Positions 15,701-28,930 of a stretch of 64,000 nucleotides of DNA are shown here, in pieces (the stretch's first letter is position 1; every line of letters starts with the position of its first letter). The stretch covers positions 1,188,297 to 1,252,296 of the forward strand of contig NW_002060951.1 of assembly GCF_000150275.1 (NCBI RefSeq). The letters run 5' to 3'. The stretch comes from Trichoplax adhaerens. Taxonomy: Eukaryota; Animalia; Placozoa. The notes below the pieces were generated by a model that did no database searches, was not told where the DNA came from, and saw nothing but the letters and a program-made list of their open reading frames with translations. The position numbers were made by a program, and so were the translations under genes.

Positions 15701-16532
15701 TACTCTACCGTGCTATAGTATAGTAGATTAATTTTTGAATCAATGTCCAATCTCACCATATTGTACTTATTGCATCTTTTAAGAATCGCCAGGATATTTT
15801 TAAATTGTCAAACTTACTTTATATAAAATTGTATACGTAAAAAACCTTTGCTGTTCTATAATATAGAAAAGGAAATTTCTAATCAATACCAAATATGATT
15901 TCCATAGTAGCTATAAATAAGATAGCATTATGGGATAGGTATCTTTATACATCTATACTATAGAGTAACTTTAAAGCTCTAGTAAAATGAGCAATTTATA
16001 GACTCGATATATGTTGTAGTTTCCATAGTATTAGTTATACGTAGATTCATCAAGATTACTTTTTACCCAACATTGTATGTCAAGTAAAAATTAGATTCAT
16101 AATAGACTATAATTATCACGCTGGTAAAATGCATAACTCATTTCTTTTACTATAGTGTAATTATTACACTAGCAAAATACACAACCCATTTTTTTTAATA
16201 TCGTTAGCGAATTTAATACTTTTATTATCCGCCAACAGTACATCAAAACAATCAATGACTACCGTAAAACTGTAATCAACTACAACGGCCAGGCTTATGT
16301 TGAAAGATATGTTAGCAACGACTTCTTCGCATGGTCTAAGGGAAATACCTTGGTCGTTACCAGCAATGTTGGTTCTGGTGGTAGCACAAGTAAAACTATC
16401 AGCTATCTACCATATAGTGTTGGTACTTCTATCGTTAACGTTCTTGACTCTAGCGAAAAACATACCGTCCAAAGCTGGGGTATTTATGTTACTATTAGCA
16501 ATGGTCAACCCAAGATCTTCAAACGATTATAA
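12742..16532 (+). CDS. Secreted alpha-amylase, GH13, Taka-amylase/Dictyostelium-type (GH13_1-like), 8 exons
   Basis: Exons 12742-12840, 13515-13807, 13974-14082, 14200-14337, 14599-14802, 15178-15306, 15442-15552, 16239-16532. Signal peptide MKAISVAILLLALSYSANA. Motifs: IYQVLVDRF, YCGGSFKG, MGFDAVWISPVVEN, GYHGYW, MLDVVANHMG, CRLAGLPDL, DGIRIDT (nucleophile Asp), IGEAF (acid/base Glu), FLDNHDVPRF (second Asp), GIPIVYYGTEQ, GGNDPNNRE. Confidence 0.95.
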
Positions 16533-19500
16533 GTAAGAATTTTCTCTTACAATTTAAAAATGAAAATTTTCGTCTTATTCCTCTACCATTAGCTCAATTT
16601 ACTTCATAATTTATACTGCTACAGATCTATTCAATTAATCATTAGATGATAAGTAATCATTTACCGGTATCCTTCAATGTTAAAATTTGATAGATCTATG
16701 GCTATAACCTACATATCCATAACAAATATTGTAGACCACCCTCAGTTAGCTTGCTAATCTACCATGTGATACGCCACGTTAACTATTTCATTTCTTTTTG
16801 TGTTCGCCTGATCTAGGTCATAAAATTACTGCTGTCCCTTGCTTCTGTAATATCAGGACGTTGGCATAAAGTTTTATCATAGAAATTGATACTTTAGCTT
16901 GTAGCTTGCTCGCTAGACTAGTTATTTGTCCGTCATATAACAGAAAGTATGATAGAAATAACATAACTAACTAGAGTTAAATGTAAGCATCCTTCACATT
17001 TATCATCATTAAAATCTCAGCAGTTATTGGGGATTTCACTGGTAAATCCTCTTACTGCAGTCACAAAGAAAATTAAGGATGCTACATATTCTTATGTAGG
17101 AAATTAGTACTAATAAAGATGATATTGCATTAAATTGCCAATTTGTCACTATTGTAAAGGGTATACGTTTATAACAGTGAATTTTGCTATCCGAATGCTT
17201 ATCAACATGTCTTATCGTATCATTTCTATATCAACAATTAGTACTATAGACAATATTGCAGGATTTAAAATCGCGGTTAACTGTCAAACCGCCATGCTCC
17301 CAATAAGATTGTAATAAAATTCAAATCCAAAGAAACGTCAGTGGAAAGTAATAGCTTCATTACAATTTATTGGGAGTCTAAAAAACATTAACGGAGGATA
17401 ATAACTAACCATTAACATAAAGATCTCTCTATATATACAACTGGCAAACATCATCTGCCATGCTACAAGTTACTATAGCTTCCTAATTAATACAGTAGGA
17501 GCTTCTACTCACATCATAGTTCCTTATATTATCGTCTATCTTTCCAAATACGACATAGATAACAACTGATTACGTTGTTCATATACTGTACTTTTAGTCG
17601 ACAAGACTATTATAATCATCATAATAGATACGATATCTCTACTAATATAGGCTCTCCTATATTAACGTCAACAGCTATTTAAGTTAGTTAATGTCGCTAA
17701 TTTTGCAAAGATTCTTCTGGTTTATACATGAATATGAGAATTTATTGAAAATTGTAATGTCGATATTAGGTAAAGAGCTAGAATTGTTGATTGGAGGTAG
17801 AGGAAGTTAGTAGAACATACTGCAATTGCGAAAAACTAACTAAAATTATTCAATTCGCGATGATGGATAGTACTGCGATCTTAAAATACAATCATTTCAT
17901 AAGCTCAGGACATTTACAACTATTGAAACTTTAGAAATATAAATCAACAACCGGATACATTGTATAGTAAATACTGTATTACGAGTTAACATGAGAAATG
18001 ATATACAAGTTTTAGTATTATTCCCATTTTATCTCTTGTTCTCTTTTTTTTTAACGAAATATTTGAGTTTTTTCGGATAGATGATCGCGCTATAAAATTT
18101 CTGTATCAAAATTAATATTACCTTGCATCATAAAATCTAGCCAAATAGAAAGTTTTTCTTACACAGCTAACTCTTGTGAAAGATAATTCAGATTCGAAAT
18201 CGCCATGTTGTACTATATATGGCACTAACAATCATGAAACGTGAATTATCCAACTTGATCCCAATGTTTAAGGTTAATAACCAACTAAAATGATCATCGT
18301 GGTATACATAGACATATCCAGCTTGTACAATTGAATAACATAACGTTCCATTTATTTTTAGGTTAATAAATGTGAAACTTACTTAATTTTTGAAATGTTT
18401 CCTTTAATGAAGCCTATCTCACTGTAATCCTTTCCTTGTGGACAAAGTATTTTAATGAATCCTTGATAAACCAATGATAGTGTAAAAGTCAAACTAGTAC
18501 CTGTAGCATTTTAGCTAAACTGATATATAAAGATAGGATTAAATTTCTCTTACATGGCAGCTAGGTAAAACTTTTATAAAGTTAAGTTATTAGCTTAATA
18601 AACAATTTTTATATCACTATTTTTAGTGAGTATGTCTTCATCACTCTTCTTACACTAACTGTAACTATTGTAATTATTCTACGACTGTAAAAAATCTATC
18701 CCATGGTAATCATTAGCATTTCAACTCATAATGGTGGACCAAACAATCGTTTAGTATCGATAAATTAGTAAATACTTATTTAATAGCAAGAATAATGTTT
18801 GATACTCCATAACTAGTAGACAAATTTAAATTCGAATGAAATGAAATTGGAGCTATAAGAAAGATCTAAGCAGATATCTGTATAAAGTTATCGAAATTCT
18901 TTAATCATATTTTGCTAAATATATTTTGTATTTACTCAATTGTACTTATTAAGGGGATTAAATGGAATTCCGATAGATAGACCAGCTTCATTTTACTTTC
19001 TCTTTCGAGTAATAGCCTAGTTTTTTAAATCTGAATTTGTTTAGAGTAAAACAAGGATAGTGTAAATCTTTATCGTATGGGCTATAGTACTGACAATAAT
19101 CACGTACAGATTACTTTACTCGAAATATTTTGGAGTATTAAGCGGTTAAATATTCCCTTGTAGTGCCGCCTCAAATATGGCTTGGATTGTGATTTGTAAG
19201 ACTGTACGAGAGCAGTAGTACTCGTATGTTAGATTGTATGATTTTGAAGATATCTATTTGCAGAAGAGGCTTACATATGTATTGTCTTGATACTATTGAG
19301 ATCTTCATATTAAAATTTCATGATAATAATAGATAGCGCTAATTATGTTAGTACTGAGAGAGTTGCATTGTGGCGCTTTAATTAGACGCGTGAATAATGA
19401 ATAGTTCGCGCGATGATAAACTGTTACCTTGCGATTTAATTGGCAAGATATGATTGTAAAGTGTAAAATTCATTCTGTAACAAAGGGTATATAAACCACG

Positions 19501-22147
19501 AGCTTTCGCTGTAAAACATAATCCAGAGATAGTCCTATTGAAGCTAGATAGTTCTTGGTAGTTGTACGACGAACCTAATCTTTGTAATAAAATGAAGTTT
19601 ACAAGAAACTGTAGTTTTTTTCTATTTTTGAGAAGACACTTTATAACATCATTATTTACATTTACCGGTAACTAATAAAATATTTTAATTATTTAAAGGT
19701 GATTACGATTAACCGAATAAGAGACAAAGGTAGAATCAAAATAGATCATATTTAAAAGGAATGTTTACTCATGAGATATATTATACATTACGGTTGCAGT
19801 AATTTACTAGAATCACTCTCTTGTATTTAATGAATAGTAAAAATATCAAGTATCAAAATTTGAATATTAAAATCGCTCGTAATTGTATGCGGCTAAAGTC
19901 GAATTATTAATAATAAATATCCTTCAGAGAAATGAAAAGACGTAAGTTCTAATTTACTAAAGTACCTCTATAATCGCGATATTATCTTGAATAAATTGTA
20001 ATAACCGGCCTCGATATATAATTTGTAGCTTATAAACTGTCTTGTGTCATTCTAAAGTGAAAGGAAGCTATAAGACGTGCTTAGATATCCCTTATCAGTA
20101 AATAAAATTTGATCAATTTTATCCAATAGAATTGCACTGCCTTCTAATTGATATAAAGCAACAAGATTAGACGAATCAAGATCTAGTTTCCTCAAATTTT
20201 CAAACCAATTCTTAATAAAGTAATTGTTGTACATATAGTAAGCTGCAGAGATACGCGTATTAGATTGCCTTGACTTATTACCAATAAGGCATCAAGCGTA
20301 ACATCTCCATTGTAAATCACAAATTTGCGATTTATTCTAATCCATAACAATTATAGAGCTTTCTTTAGTTTACCTGTTTGTTTCTTCCAGGACTCTGATC
20401 AGTATAACTGGTAGGAGCACTATCTTCAGGGTTAGAGGAAGTAATACAATACTGAAGACTGTTGAATATTAACTAAAATCTCAAATTGGCTATGGAACAT
20501 TTCTCGTATTTCTTAAAGGCTTACAAGTTGTAAATTTTTATAATTTATTTTAATGGCTCATATTCTCTTATAGCTGGTACATCAGGTGGGCTTTTCAGCT
20601 GAATAAACAAAAATATTGAACAAAATACCTAAATATAGCTTATCGTTTTTTGTCTGCCATATCAATAATTTACATTTTTTAATGACTTTGTAGACACATT
20701 AGCTACTTTATTATGTTTCTTACTAGTTATTAATAAAAAAATTCAGGTACTTAAATTTTAGGGCACCTTAATAATCGAAAATCAGAGCATGAATAGTAAC
20801 CATACAACTAGAATAAATTCAGACTTGAACGAGAAATTTGAAGTGTTGTTCATTTTATAAGCAGTACAGATCGCTACTTAATTTACATGCAATCAAGAAG
20901 TGTCTTTATACATCACCCCAACGGTAAAAAATGAGTAACGAAAAATACACAAAATTGTTATTCATAGAATATTTTTTAATACCTATAGTAGTCTTATCCT
21001 GACAAATAAACTATCAATGCATGTGTACCATACGCAAATATTACGTATGTTTATATTCTTTGCTAAGGCTTGCTACGACAAATATCATTAAATTGATTAA
21101 AAATATAAATGAGCATTCACCATTGAAATTTATAGTAGAAACAGTTTTAAGATGTATATATATATATATAATACATGATAAAACATGATAAAGATAATAG
21201 CACTTATTGTAACTTATTTTTCCAGCTTCGATTATTGAAAACTTTATTATGTGTGTCTTGACATTCTGTCTTCCAATTATTCTATTTATATAGATCCTAT
21301 ATAGCTGTAATGAAATTTTCAAAAATTATTATTGTATGTTTAATATTATTAACTGACTAGGTTGAGCTCTTAACATTTCAAAAGCAATCGATTTTTGAAT
21401 AATTTAATTTAAGAGGCTGGCTAAAGCAGTATTATTAGATTCTAGAAATTAACGATCGTGATACAATAAATGGAATGACATGTTGGCGATGATTGCTTCG
21501 TATTGCCATTAATAAATGCTGTTGTTAATATACGTGGGCTATAAAAAAGTATCAATGTTTCCGGCAGATGAAATTAGCTAAAGCAGAAATTAAGAGTCGA
21601 AACGGAATTCTGCTACTTTCTTAACTAGCAGATTTCCGATAATTTAAAAATTTATAAACTGATTACGAAACTAAAACTGAATAGTGAGTGGATTAGTATT
21701 TTAGATTTTATTTCATATTTAACCACTTCTAGTTTACTAGCTGACTTTTAGAGTATTTAGTTCATAGAATTTCATCTCTATAATAATTCAATTACAATTA
21801 TAGAGAATATTCTGCTGGTACTACTGTAGTCGGTCACGATAAATTCTTTTTATTACCCCTAACAATTGAATTAAAATAGTATATGTATGTTTTTGTCAGA
21901 TAAGATGTTATTTGAATCTTTAATGACAATGCTTTATCATTACATTAATAACTTTATTAAAGTTGTTTTTAGTTCTATGCCGAAATAGCATAATAATCAT
22001 AATTGCCATCTGGTATTGTTTTTATTTCCTGTATCGGAAGCAATTAGCAGGGCATATAATAATTATTATTGCCGACATTATAGCAAATAGGTCAAATGTG
22101 TTATGACTATGGAGTAAATAATTTAACGCGTTTGCCCCAAAGATATC

Positions 22148-22454
22148 TATATAAAGGGTTGTTAAAGTTATCAACATTAAAGTATCGTCACCTTAAATTT
22201 GATAGCATTTGTTCATCGCTAGAAAACCGACCATCAGGTATGAAATATGCACTTGAAGACATTTTTTAAACTAGTTCTTAAGGAAATATCTTAGCTTTAG
22301 TTTCATCCCAGTATTAATTAAAAGGAAGATTATAATCTACAGATATCTTCGATCGGTTAAACACTAAGTAAAAATAAGAAGTAGTTTGCAACTTGTAAGT
22401 AAATATCAATTAGACTAATTAGAATATTTTTCCATTTCCGTTGCATAAGTCTAG
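22148..22454 (+). promoter_or_regulatory. TATA box, non-coding first exon and 5'UTR intron of the 22456 gene
   Basis: TATATAAAG at 22148-22156; donor CAG|GTATGA at 22237/22238; pyrimidine tract and acceptor TAG ending at 22454, one base before the ATG. Confidence 0.55.
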
Positions 22455-22455
22455 T

Positions 22456-22800
22456 ATGTCCAGCTTTATTTGTATGCTTGCCATCTTGGTTGCTACTTTG
22501 ACCATTTGTCACGCTATCGAAGATCGCAACGATCATAAATTCTGTATAGCATTAATGGAGAAACTTGAACACGACAAAGATATCCAGCGAAAATGTGAGG
22601 CCATAAAGCTGTTAGATATCTTAGTCAAAGACAAGGATAGTTTAGGAGTTCTTATTCGCAAAACTGAAGCGAATAATAAGAGAGAAAAGACAAATCTTAA
22701 TAGAAATAAGACAATCTTCGACAAATTACAAAAGATTGGGCAGAGACTATACCACCAAGTTAAAGAACGAGACGACGAGCCAGAGCTTATTTTTGGCTAA
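22456..22800 (+). CDS. Orphan secreted peptide precursor (114 aa) ending in Gly-stop, a candidate amidated peptide
   Basis: Real start is the ATG at 22456 (the track ORF starts at an upstream TTG). Signal peptide MSSFICMLAILVATLTICHA, two Cys in the pro-region, RK/RK/KR sites, C-terminus ERDDEPELIFG*. Confidence 0.75.
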   Translation: MSSFICMLAILVATLTICHAIEDRNDHKFCIALMEKLEHDKDIQRKCEAIKLLDILVKDKDSLGVLIRKTEANNKREKTNLNRNKTIFDKLQKIGQRLYHQVKERDDEPELIFG

Positions 22801-25800
22801 TTATTTCTAATTGTAACTTTGTTACAATCCAAATTCCATATCAAAACGAAAATGACATAATGATGTGTGTCAGAAAATAGAAAATGTGTAGAATAATCAA
22901 TGGATAATATAATCTATGTGAAAGGATTGAAAGTATTTAGAATTATTAATTTTCTTCTCTTGGCATACTCTGTAAGTGCTCATATGAATTTTTAGTATTA
23001 GCTGAAATTATAATATAGATTATCTATTAGTATACATTAATATGCTTAGTCTAAGTCAGGAAGCGATATTTTAGTACCGAAACTATCTAAATTGATTAGT
23101 TTCATATAGACCTCTATATATTAAAATATGCGATATGGATTCTAATAAATGCATCATTAATAACGACTGATAAAGCTGGCTCAATATGATTTATTATGTC
23201 TACGTATGGTTTTCTTCACATACTGAAAGTTTAACCGATAGATTTACTCAATGGTAGTGGATCAACTAAATCTTCTAGAAGAATATAATCAATTACAAAT
23301 TAGCATTTGACGTATTAAGTAACTATTAAAGAAACACAGCATTCGACATCAAGCATGATAATTGTTTACAACATGTGAAGATCATAAAATGCTGTTATCA
23401 TCTAGTTTTATGGGCAAAAGTGGGAAAATGATCAAATGGAACAGGAAGAATCTTATTAACTCCTTTATTTTTTCACATCAATTCTATCGCATAAAACATC
23501 AATACAATAGCTAGTAGTATTTTGAAACTATTATAATTTCCTCACTTTCCGGACTATAAATATTTTTTGGAAAAAATGCGATGTAGAACTATTCATTAAA
23601 AGAATGCTTAAATAGTGGCCATGATTGAAGCTAGTCAATCGTCATTTATAAAGCTCCTCTCAACCACCATCAATCTGAAAATTGTATGATTACGTAAATG
23701 CTATATTCAATTTACCAACGCATATTGGTACGTATTATTATTACGTCGAGATAAAAGATATACAGTACAACACTCTAGCAAACACTATCCGGTAAAATGA
23801 TTATCAAATAAATTACTGCACATATACTAATAGTTTTTTCAAGTAAATGATCTTAAAACAGCTTCAAATCCATATTCAGGGTAGTAGAATAAGTTTATAT
23901 TTTAGAAAGGGTTTACTGTCACAATTTCAATTTTGTGACAAGGAAACGTACAGTAAAAGTCATAAGAATTACTGACTTAAACACCCTTTTACTAAACGTT
24001 AAACACACACTTCGAAGTACTGTAAAGATAGAACTTTTACTAGTACAGTTTAGACACATCTACAACTTTTCACCATACTACTCAACTCAAACGTTCCCGT
24101 TTATATAGAAACCGCCTAATCTGTCAACAACAACAGTAATATTATTATACCCTACTTGGAGAGGCATCTCGAACTGAGATGTTCCTTACTTAGCTTTTCT
24201 ATCAGTAAATACTTTAATCTCTTACTCACATTCAATCTTAATCTAAGCATGTATGTTGTCTAATTCAACTATTAATAGCTAGAATTTGAATCATCTTACT
24301 ACTATTTACACATAATAACAATCAACATCAAATATGTAATAAACTATCACAAATATTATCCACGTTAAGGCCTCATTTATCTTTCCTAGCACTACAAACA
24401 TGGATATTCTCTATTTTAGCTACTACTGTATTTATTAAACTATAATAACAGTAAGGTAATACCGTAACGGAAGGGTTAGTAAACTTATCAGTAAAGATAT
24501 TTACAAATAATTGTAGTATTATCGCTTTGAAACAGTATAAAATAATTAGAAATCATGATAAAGTGAAGCAGTTTAAGCCTACTTTACAACAGATATTGAT
24601 TTAAAATTAGATTTTTCTTAATTCTTCTTCCCGCACATCATATATATGATTATAGTTGTTACTTCAGCTATATCATACAAATGCTATCCTCAATTGATGT
24701 GGCGCAATAGTTAGCAAAATACAGAAGGTGTGTAGTGTAGTCAATATTCGATAAGTTAGTGCGTCAAATATTTAATACCAATTATCGTAATTAAAAATGT
24801 GAATGCTGCTAGCTCACCTTGTACTTGGCATGTAGCATCATTATTTATAGCAAAACATGCATGTACATACACACAGACAAGATTATTATATATCTTAGGA
24901 TGGGATTACAGTACATGAAGAAAAACCAATCAGAGAGGCAAAGGTGACGAAGCACAAACACTATTACCATGCACCTTATTTTTAACAATTCAATTTTTGC
25001 TGCCTTAAAAAAGGTACGAGCTAAAGATGTGCCGTACATCACGACAATATTATCGTAAATTTGCAATAAATCCATTCTAAGGTTAAATATTTATATATGG
25101 GCTAGATTGGATATCAAATCACTTTAATTCTAGTTTTAGCACGTCTCTTTGAATAATTAAAGATTTTTTATAAAAAATAGCCTCCTTCACCTTTCATTCT
25201 TGTTAAGCCTACCCAATGTATGATGTTGAATAAAGCTTGACTAAGTTACAGTTTAGAATTATGTATTAATACAGATAAAGTCTACGTATGAGTTGATTAT
25301 AAGATGATAGTAAGTCATTCCTAATGAATGATTTATTGATTAACCTTCTAACTATACTTAATTTGCTGGTACAATTAAGCCAATGATATACTCATGGCCC
25401 ATAGTAAGCTATATTTTCGTATATCACAATAACACAATCATTAGTTTTTGTACTCTTACTTAAATCATTTATTAGAATTTTATGATTACTTAGGCATACA
25501 TTTATTTAATTCTATTTTAAAAGTTATATTAGACTCTATTTTTATCTATACCAAATATTTAAGACTAATGGAAAGAATGATCTTGGGTTAGTAAACTAAA
25601 ACTGCTTCATATATGCTTAAAAGGATTACTCTGCATACCTAAATCGGAGTTTAGAATCAATCTTAGTTAGCTTTGTCTTGAATATGAATTTCTTCTCATA
25701 ATATAATAGGCAGACAGACAAGAAAATAATGATCCTTTTAATAGATATATTCTCCTTAATTTTTTGTCCATTATAAAATTTTATATACAGTACAATTAAT

Positions 25801-27094
25801 TCAGCTGTGTCAATATTTTTGCATGTATGAGGTGTTTCTGATTTACTAGCGGTAAAAGATTAATATACTTCAATAATGATTAGTTTAGTTTAATTTAATG
25901 ATCAAAGTTATTGCCGTGACCTTGTAATCTTATAGAAGGAATTAATCCAGACTTTTAACTTGCATGGCTATGAATACAAAAAGAAATCTAATTTTTCCAG
26001 TGCTATATCTACCATGTGTACTTTACTGCTTGATTTTAAAAGTAACTGAACTAGTCTAGCTGCTTAAATTTAAAAAATTTAACTTCCTTTGATACCAAAT
26101 TATTCAGTAACAATCATGAAGTGAATTAGTTTAAATATTTCTAGCTCAGCTGCAATTTACAAAGCGAAACCAATGCAAATTTTAAATTTTAATACAGTGA
26201 TATCTCAAAATCGATACTTTTTTTAAGTACTGTATTCTGCTAAGGGAGCTGACGGAATTTGAATCAACTGCCGTACCTTGCTGAAAATAATGTATTCTAA
26301 GCCAGTTTCAGGCCAATTACTAAATTTAAGATTTTGTAGATCCAACCTACATTGTAATCTGACATCTTAACCGAGTATGGAATGGGTCTTCCTTTAATAA
26401 TTTTTAATAATATCGCCAGCGCATATATCAAATGAATTGCAACATATCCTTTATGTATTTCCTATCCTATGCGAATATGATTTGCGCCATAGAATTAGCT
26501 GATAATTAAATCACTCATTTTATAATATACTTATTAGTATTCGTTTTTGTCATAATTCTAGAATATAAACGATATTGCTATCGTTAATTTAGATTTAGAG
26601 TAGTATAACTTTATTTTCTACTTTAAAATATGTTAGAGCACGCACATAGAGCGAGATAGTCATGATCCAGAACACGATCTGACCTTATGAGCCCCCTTAT
26701 GAATTAGATATCTAAGTAATTCACTAGCTGTTGCTGGAAAATAATTAGTTTCATAATCGAAAACCCTAACGAGAAGCTATCAATTGTATAACGATCGATA
26801 CAACGTATTTGTGTAGAACAGTAATCTTTAACACCGTGACAATAAATAATTCAATATTTGTGCAAGTCAGTACGTGAAATATTGTACGAAAATTATATTG
26901 TGATGATCAGTGACTATAGCTTGCGTAACATGAATTTCAATAAAGTATCACATTGAAGTTACAGTGATTATCGCTGTAAAATTATAATTGAATAAGAAAA
27001 GTCGATACCAATATGCAAATAATAATTATAAAATTATCTTCAAAGCATATTAATCCATAGAGCAAAATCAACACATTAGAATCTACTGGAATGG

Positions 27095-27580
27095 ATACTA
27101 TAGTAAAATAAATGTGATTAGATACGAGATTACAGACTACTATAAAATTGATTATTGACAGGATTTTGAAATTAAATCCTTGCAATCATGAAAGAAAGAT
27201 TTTGGTAGAGATTTTATCGAGCTATTTTCACGTAATCATTATGAAAATCGGTTTATTTATCAAGCAGAAGTATTATACAACAGCGTTATGAAAAGTTGAC
27301 GATATTCATGATCTATGATAAAGTAATATTTAATACCGTTAAATCTAATAGATAGTAAAATAGATATGATTGGATACGAGACTGCAGATTGCAATAAAAT
27401 TGATTATCGGCATGATTTCTATACAGGATTTTAAAGTTATATCCTTGCCTCTATGAAGCAATATCGGTATTATTGTAGAAATAATGTCCAGTTATTTTTG
27501 CATAATCATTCCGAATATCAGCTCGGTTACTAAGTCAAAGCATGAAGCGACAGCATTATAAAAAGTTGATGTTTCACGAT
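27095..27580. repeat. Old diverged tandem duplication, period about 250 bp
   Basis: GATACGAGA...TAAAATTGATTAT...ACAGGATTTT...ATCCTTGC...TAATCATT...ACAGC...AAAAGTTGA occurs in the same order at about 27120-27300 and 27373-27570. Confidence 0.6.
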
Positions 27581-28248
27581 AGTTTCCTTATTAGTATTTG
27601 ATTTGAAAGCAGAGCTCTTAACAAAAAATGTGAAATTGAACTACATATTGTTAACAGTATATCACCACCGCTAAAATTTAAGACGTAAACATATGAATCT
27701 ATTTCTTACTACGAATAATATTTAACATTATTAAAGCTTTCAATAAGTTTATAGTGACACTAATACAATTTTATCCACTACTTCCGAACCATTTGTATGT
27801 CTATAGGATTATCAGATCATAAGCTGTTTTACTTATTGAAAAAGTGTAAAAATCAACGGAATAGAAGTTCTTGGAAGTCTTTAAATTATTAAAAGGGATT
27901 CGATTAAAAAATATAAATAATTGACCTATTTTTACTTCGTAAACATCTTTTATTTTAAAATGGAAACTTACCGTATCTTTTCTTGAATAACATTATAAAT
28001 CTTTAAACATTAGTGGCAAAGTACGTCAATAATACAGCACTTATTTTTAGTCATTCGATAAGTGTTCTTCGTTTTTTTAAATCGAATTACCAGTACTGAA
28101 TAAGTACCGTTATTTCAGGTAACTGGAATTAGCCTTCACTTCTTCGACAACTTTTACATCAGAGGAAATGAAATTTGAGATTTCCTGAGTAAAATTGGAT
28201 AAGTTTACCTAGGGACAGTAAAATCCTGTCTTAGTTGATCACGGAGTT

Positions 28249-28930
28249 CATTTTCGATCAGAAATCCGAAAATTTGAACTCCGTAGAGGCCATAATAGAT
28301 AAGTAATTCACGATCCAAAGGAAGTTATTCGAAACCTAGATGATAGTACAGATCAATTAAGATCAGAAATTCGAAAAGATGAAGGTAGTAGGAATCACTT
28401 AAGGGCGAAAGCTCGAAACGACGGCCTTAGCAGAGGTCGCTCTCCATCAGAAATTCAAAAAGAAGGACTTAGTAGGTCATTTTCGATCAGAAATTCGAGA
28501 AGTTGGAAATTGTAAAGGTCGCTTTCGATCAGAAATTCGAAAAGATGGAAATAGTAGGGTCCATTTTCGATCGGAATCCGAAAATGTTAATCGTAGAAGC
28601 TGCGATAGATCAACAATTCGTTACGCAGAAGAAACTGTTCGAAACCTAAATAACCTTATTAGTCGCTTTAAATTACAACTCCGAAAAGATGGACTTAAGA
28701 GAGCCCACAGTAGATCAGCAATTCATAGTACAGAAGAAGTTAATCAAGGTAGAGGTTGTAACATATTTGTTGAGACATGGCGTTAGCAGAGCTCGAGATA
28801 GATCAGATATGCAAGATGTTAGAAATGAGGGTTGTAGTAGAGCAGCACTTGTCGTAATAAATGTGGCTAATCAAGAAATAGCCGAAGATATTCGGCTATT
28901 TGTTGAGAGACGAGAAGCTCAGTAGAGGTA
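28249..28930 (+). pseudogene. Decayed coding-like tandem repeat (42-bp / 14-aa unit, about HFRSEIRKDGxSRG), probable dead repeat-precursor gene
   Basis: Core TTTCGATCAGAAATTCGA-like motif at 28252, 28357, 28399, 28441, 28481, 28523, 28565. Spacing is 42 bp from 28357 on, with one 40-bp step that shifts the frame. There is an in-frame TAA near 28300, and no intact start or signal peptide was found. Confidence 0.55.

Noticed and set aside
19488-19675. TATATAAA followed by short ORF MKFTRNCSFFLFL... as a possible further cluster member
   Set aside because: Only 27 codons, weak signal peptide, and no convincing splice path to a coding exon.
20052-20234. FENLRKLDLDSSNL resembles one leucine-rich repeat
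   Set aside because: Single imperfect motif with no flanking repeats or supported exon structure.
24845-25075. Minus-strand ORF with KAAK...IVF...LC and CNPIL (GPCR TM6/TM7-like)
   Set aside because: Spacing is too compressed and no other TM segments were found; chance resemblance cannot be excluded.
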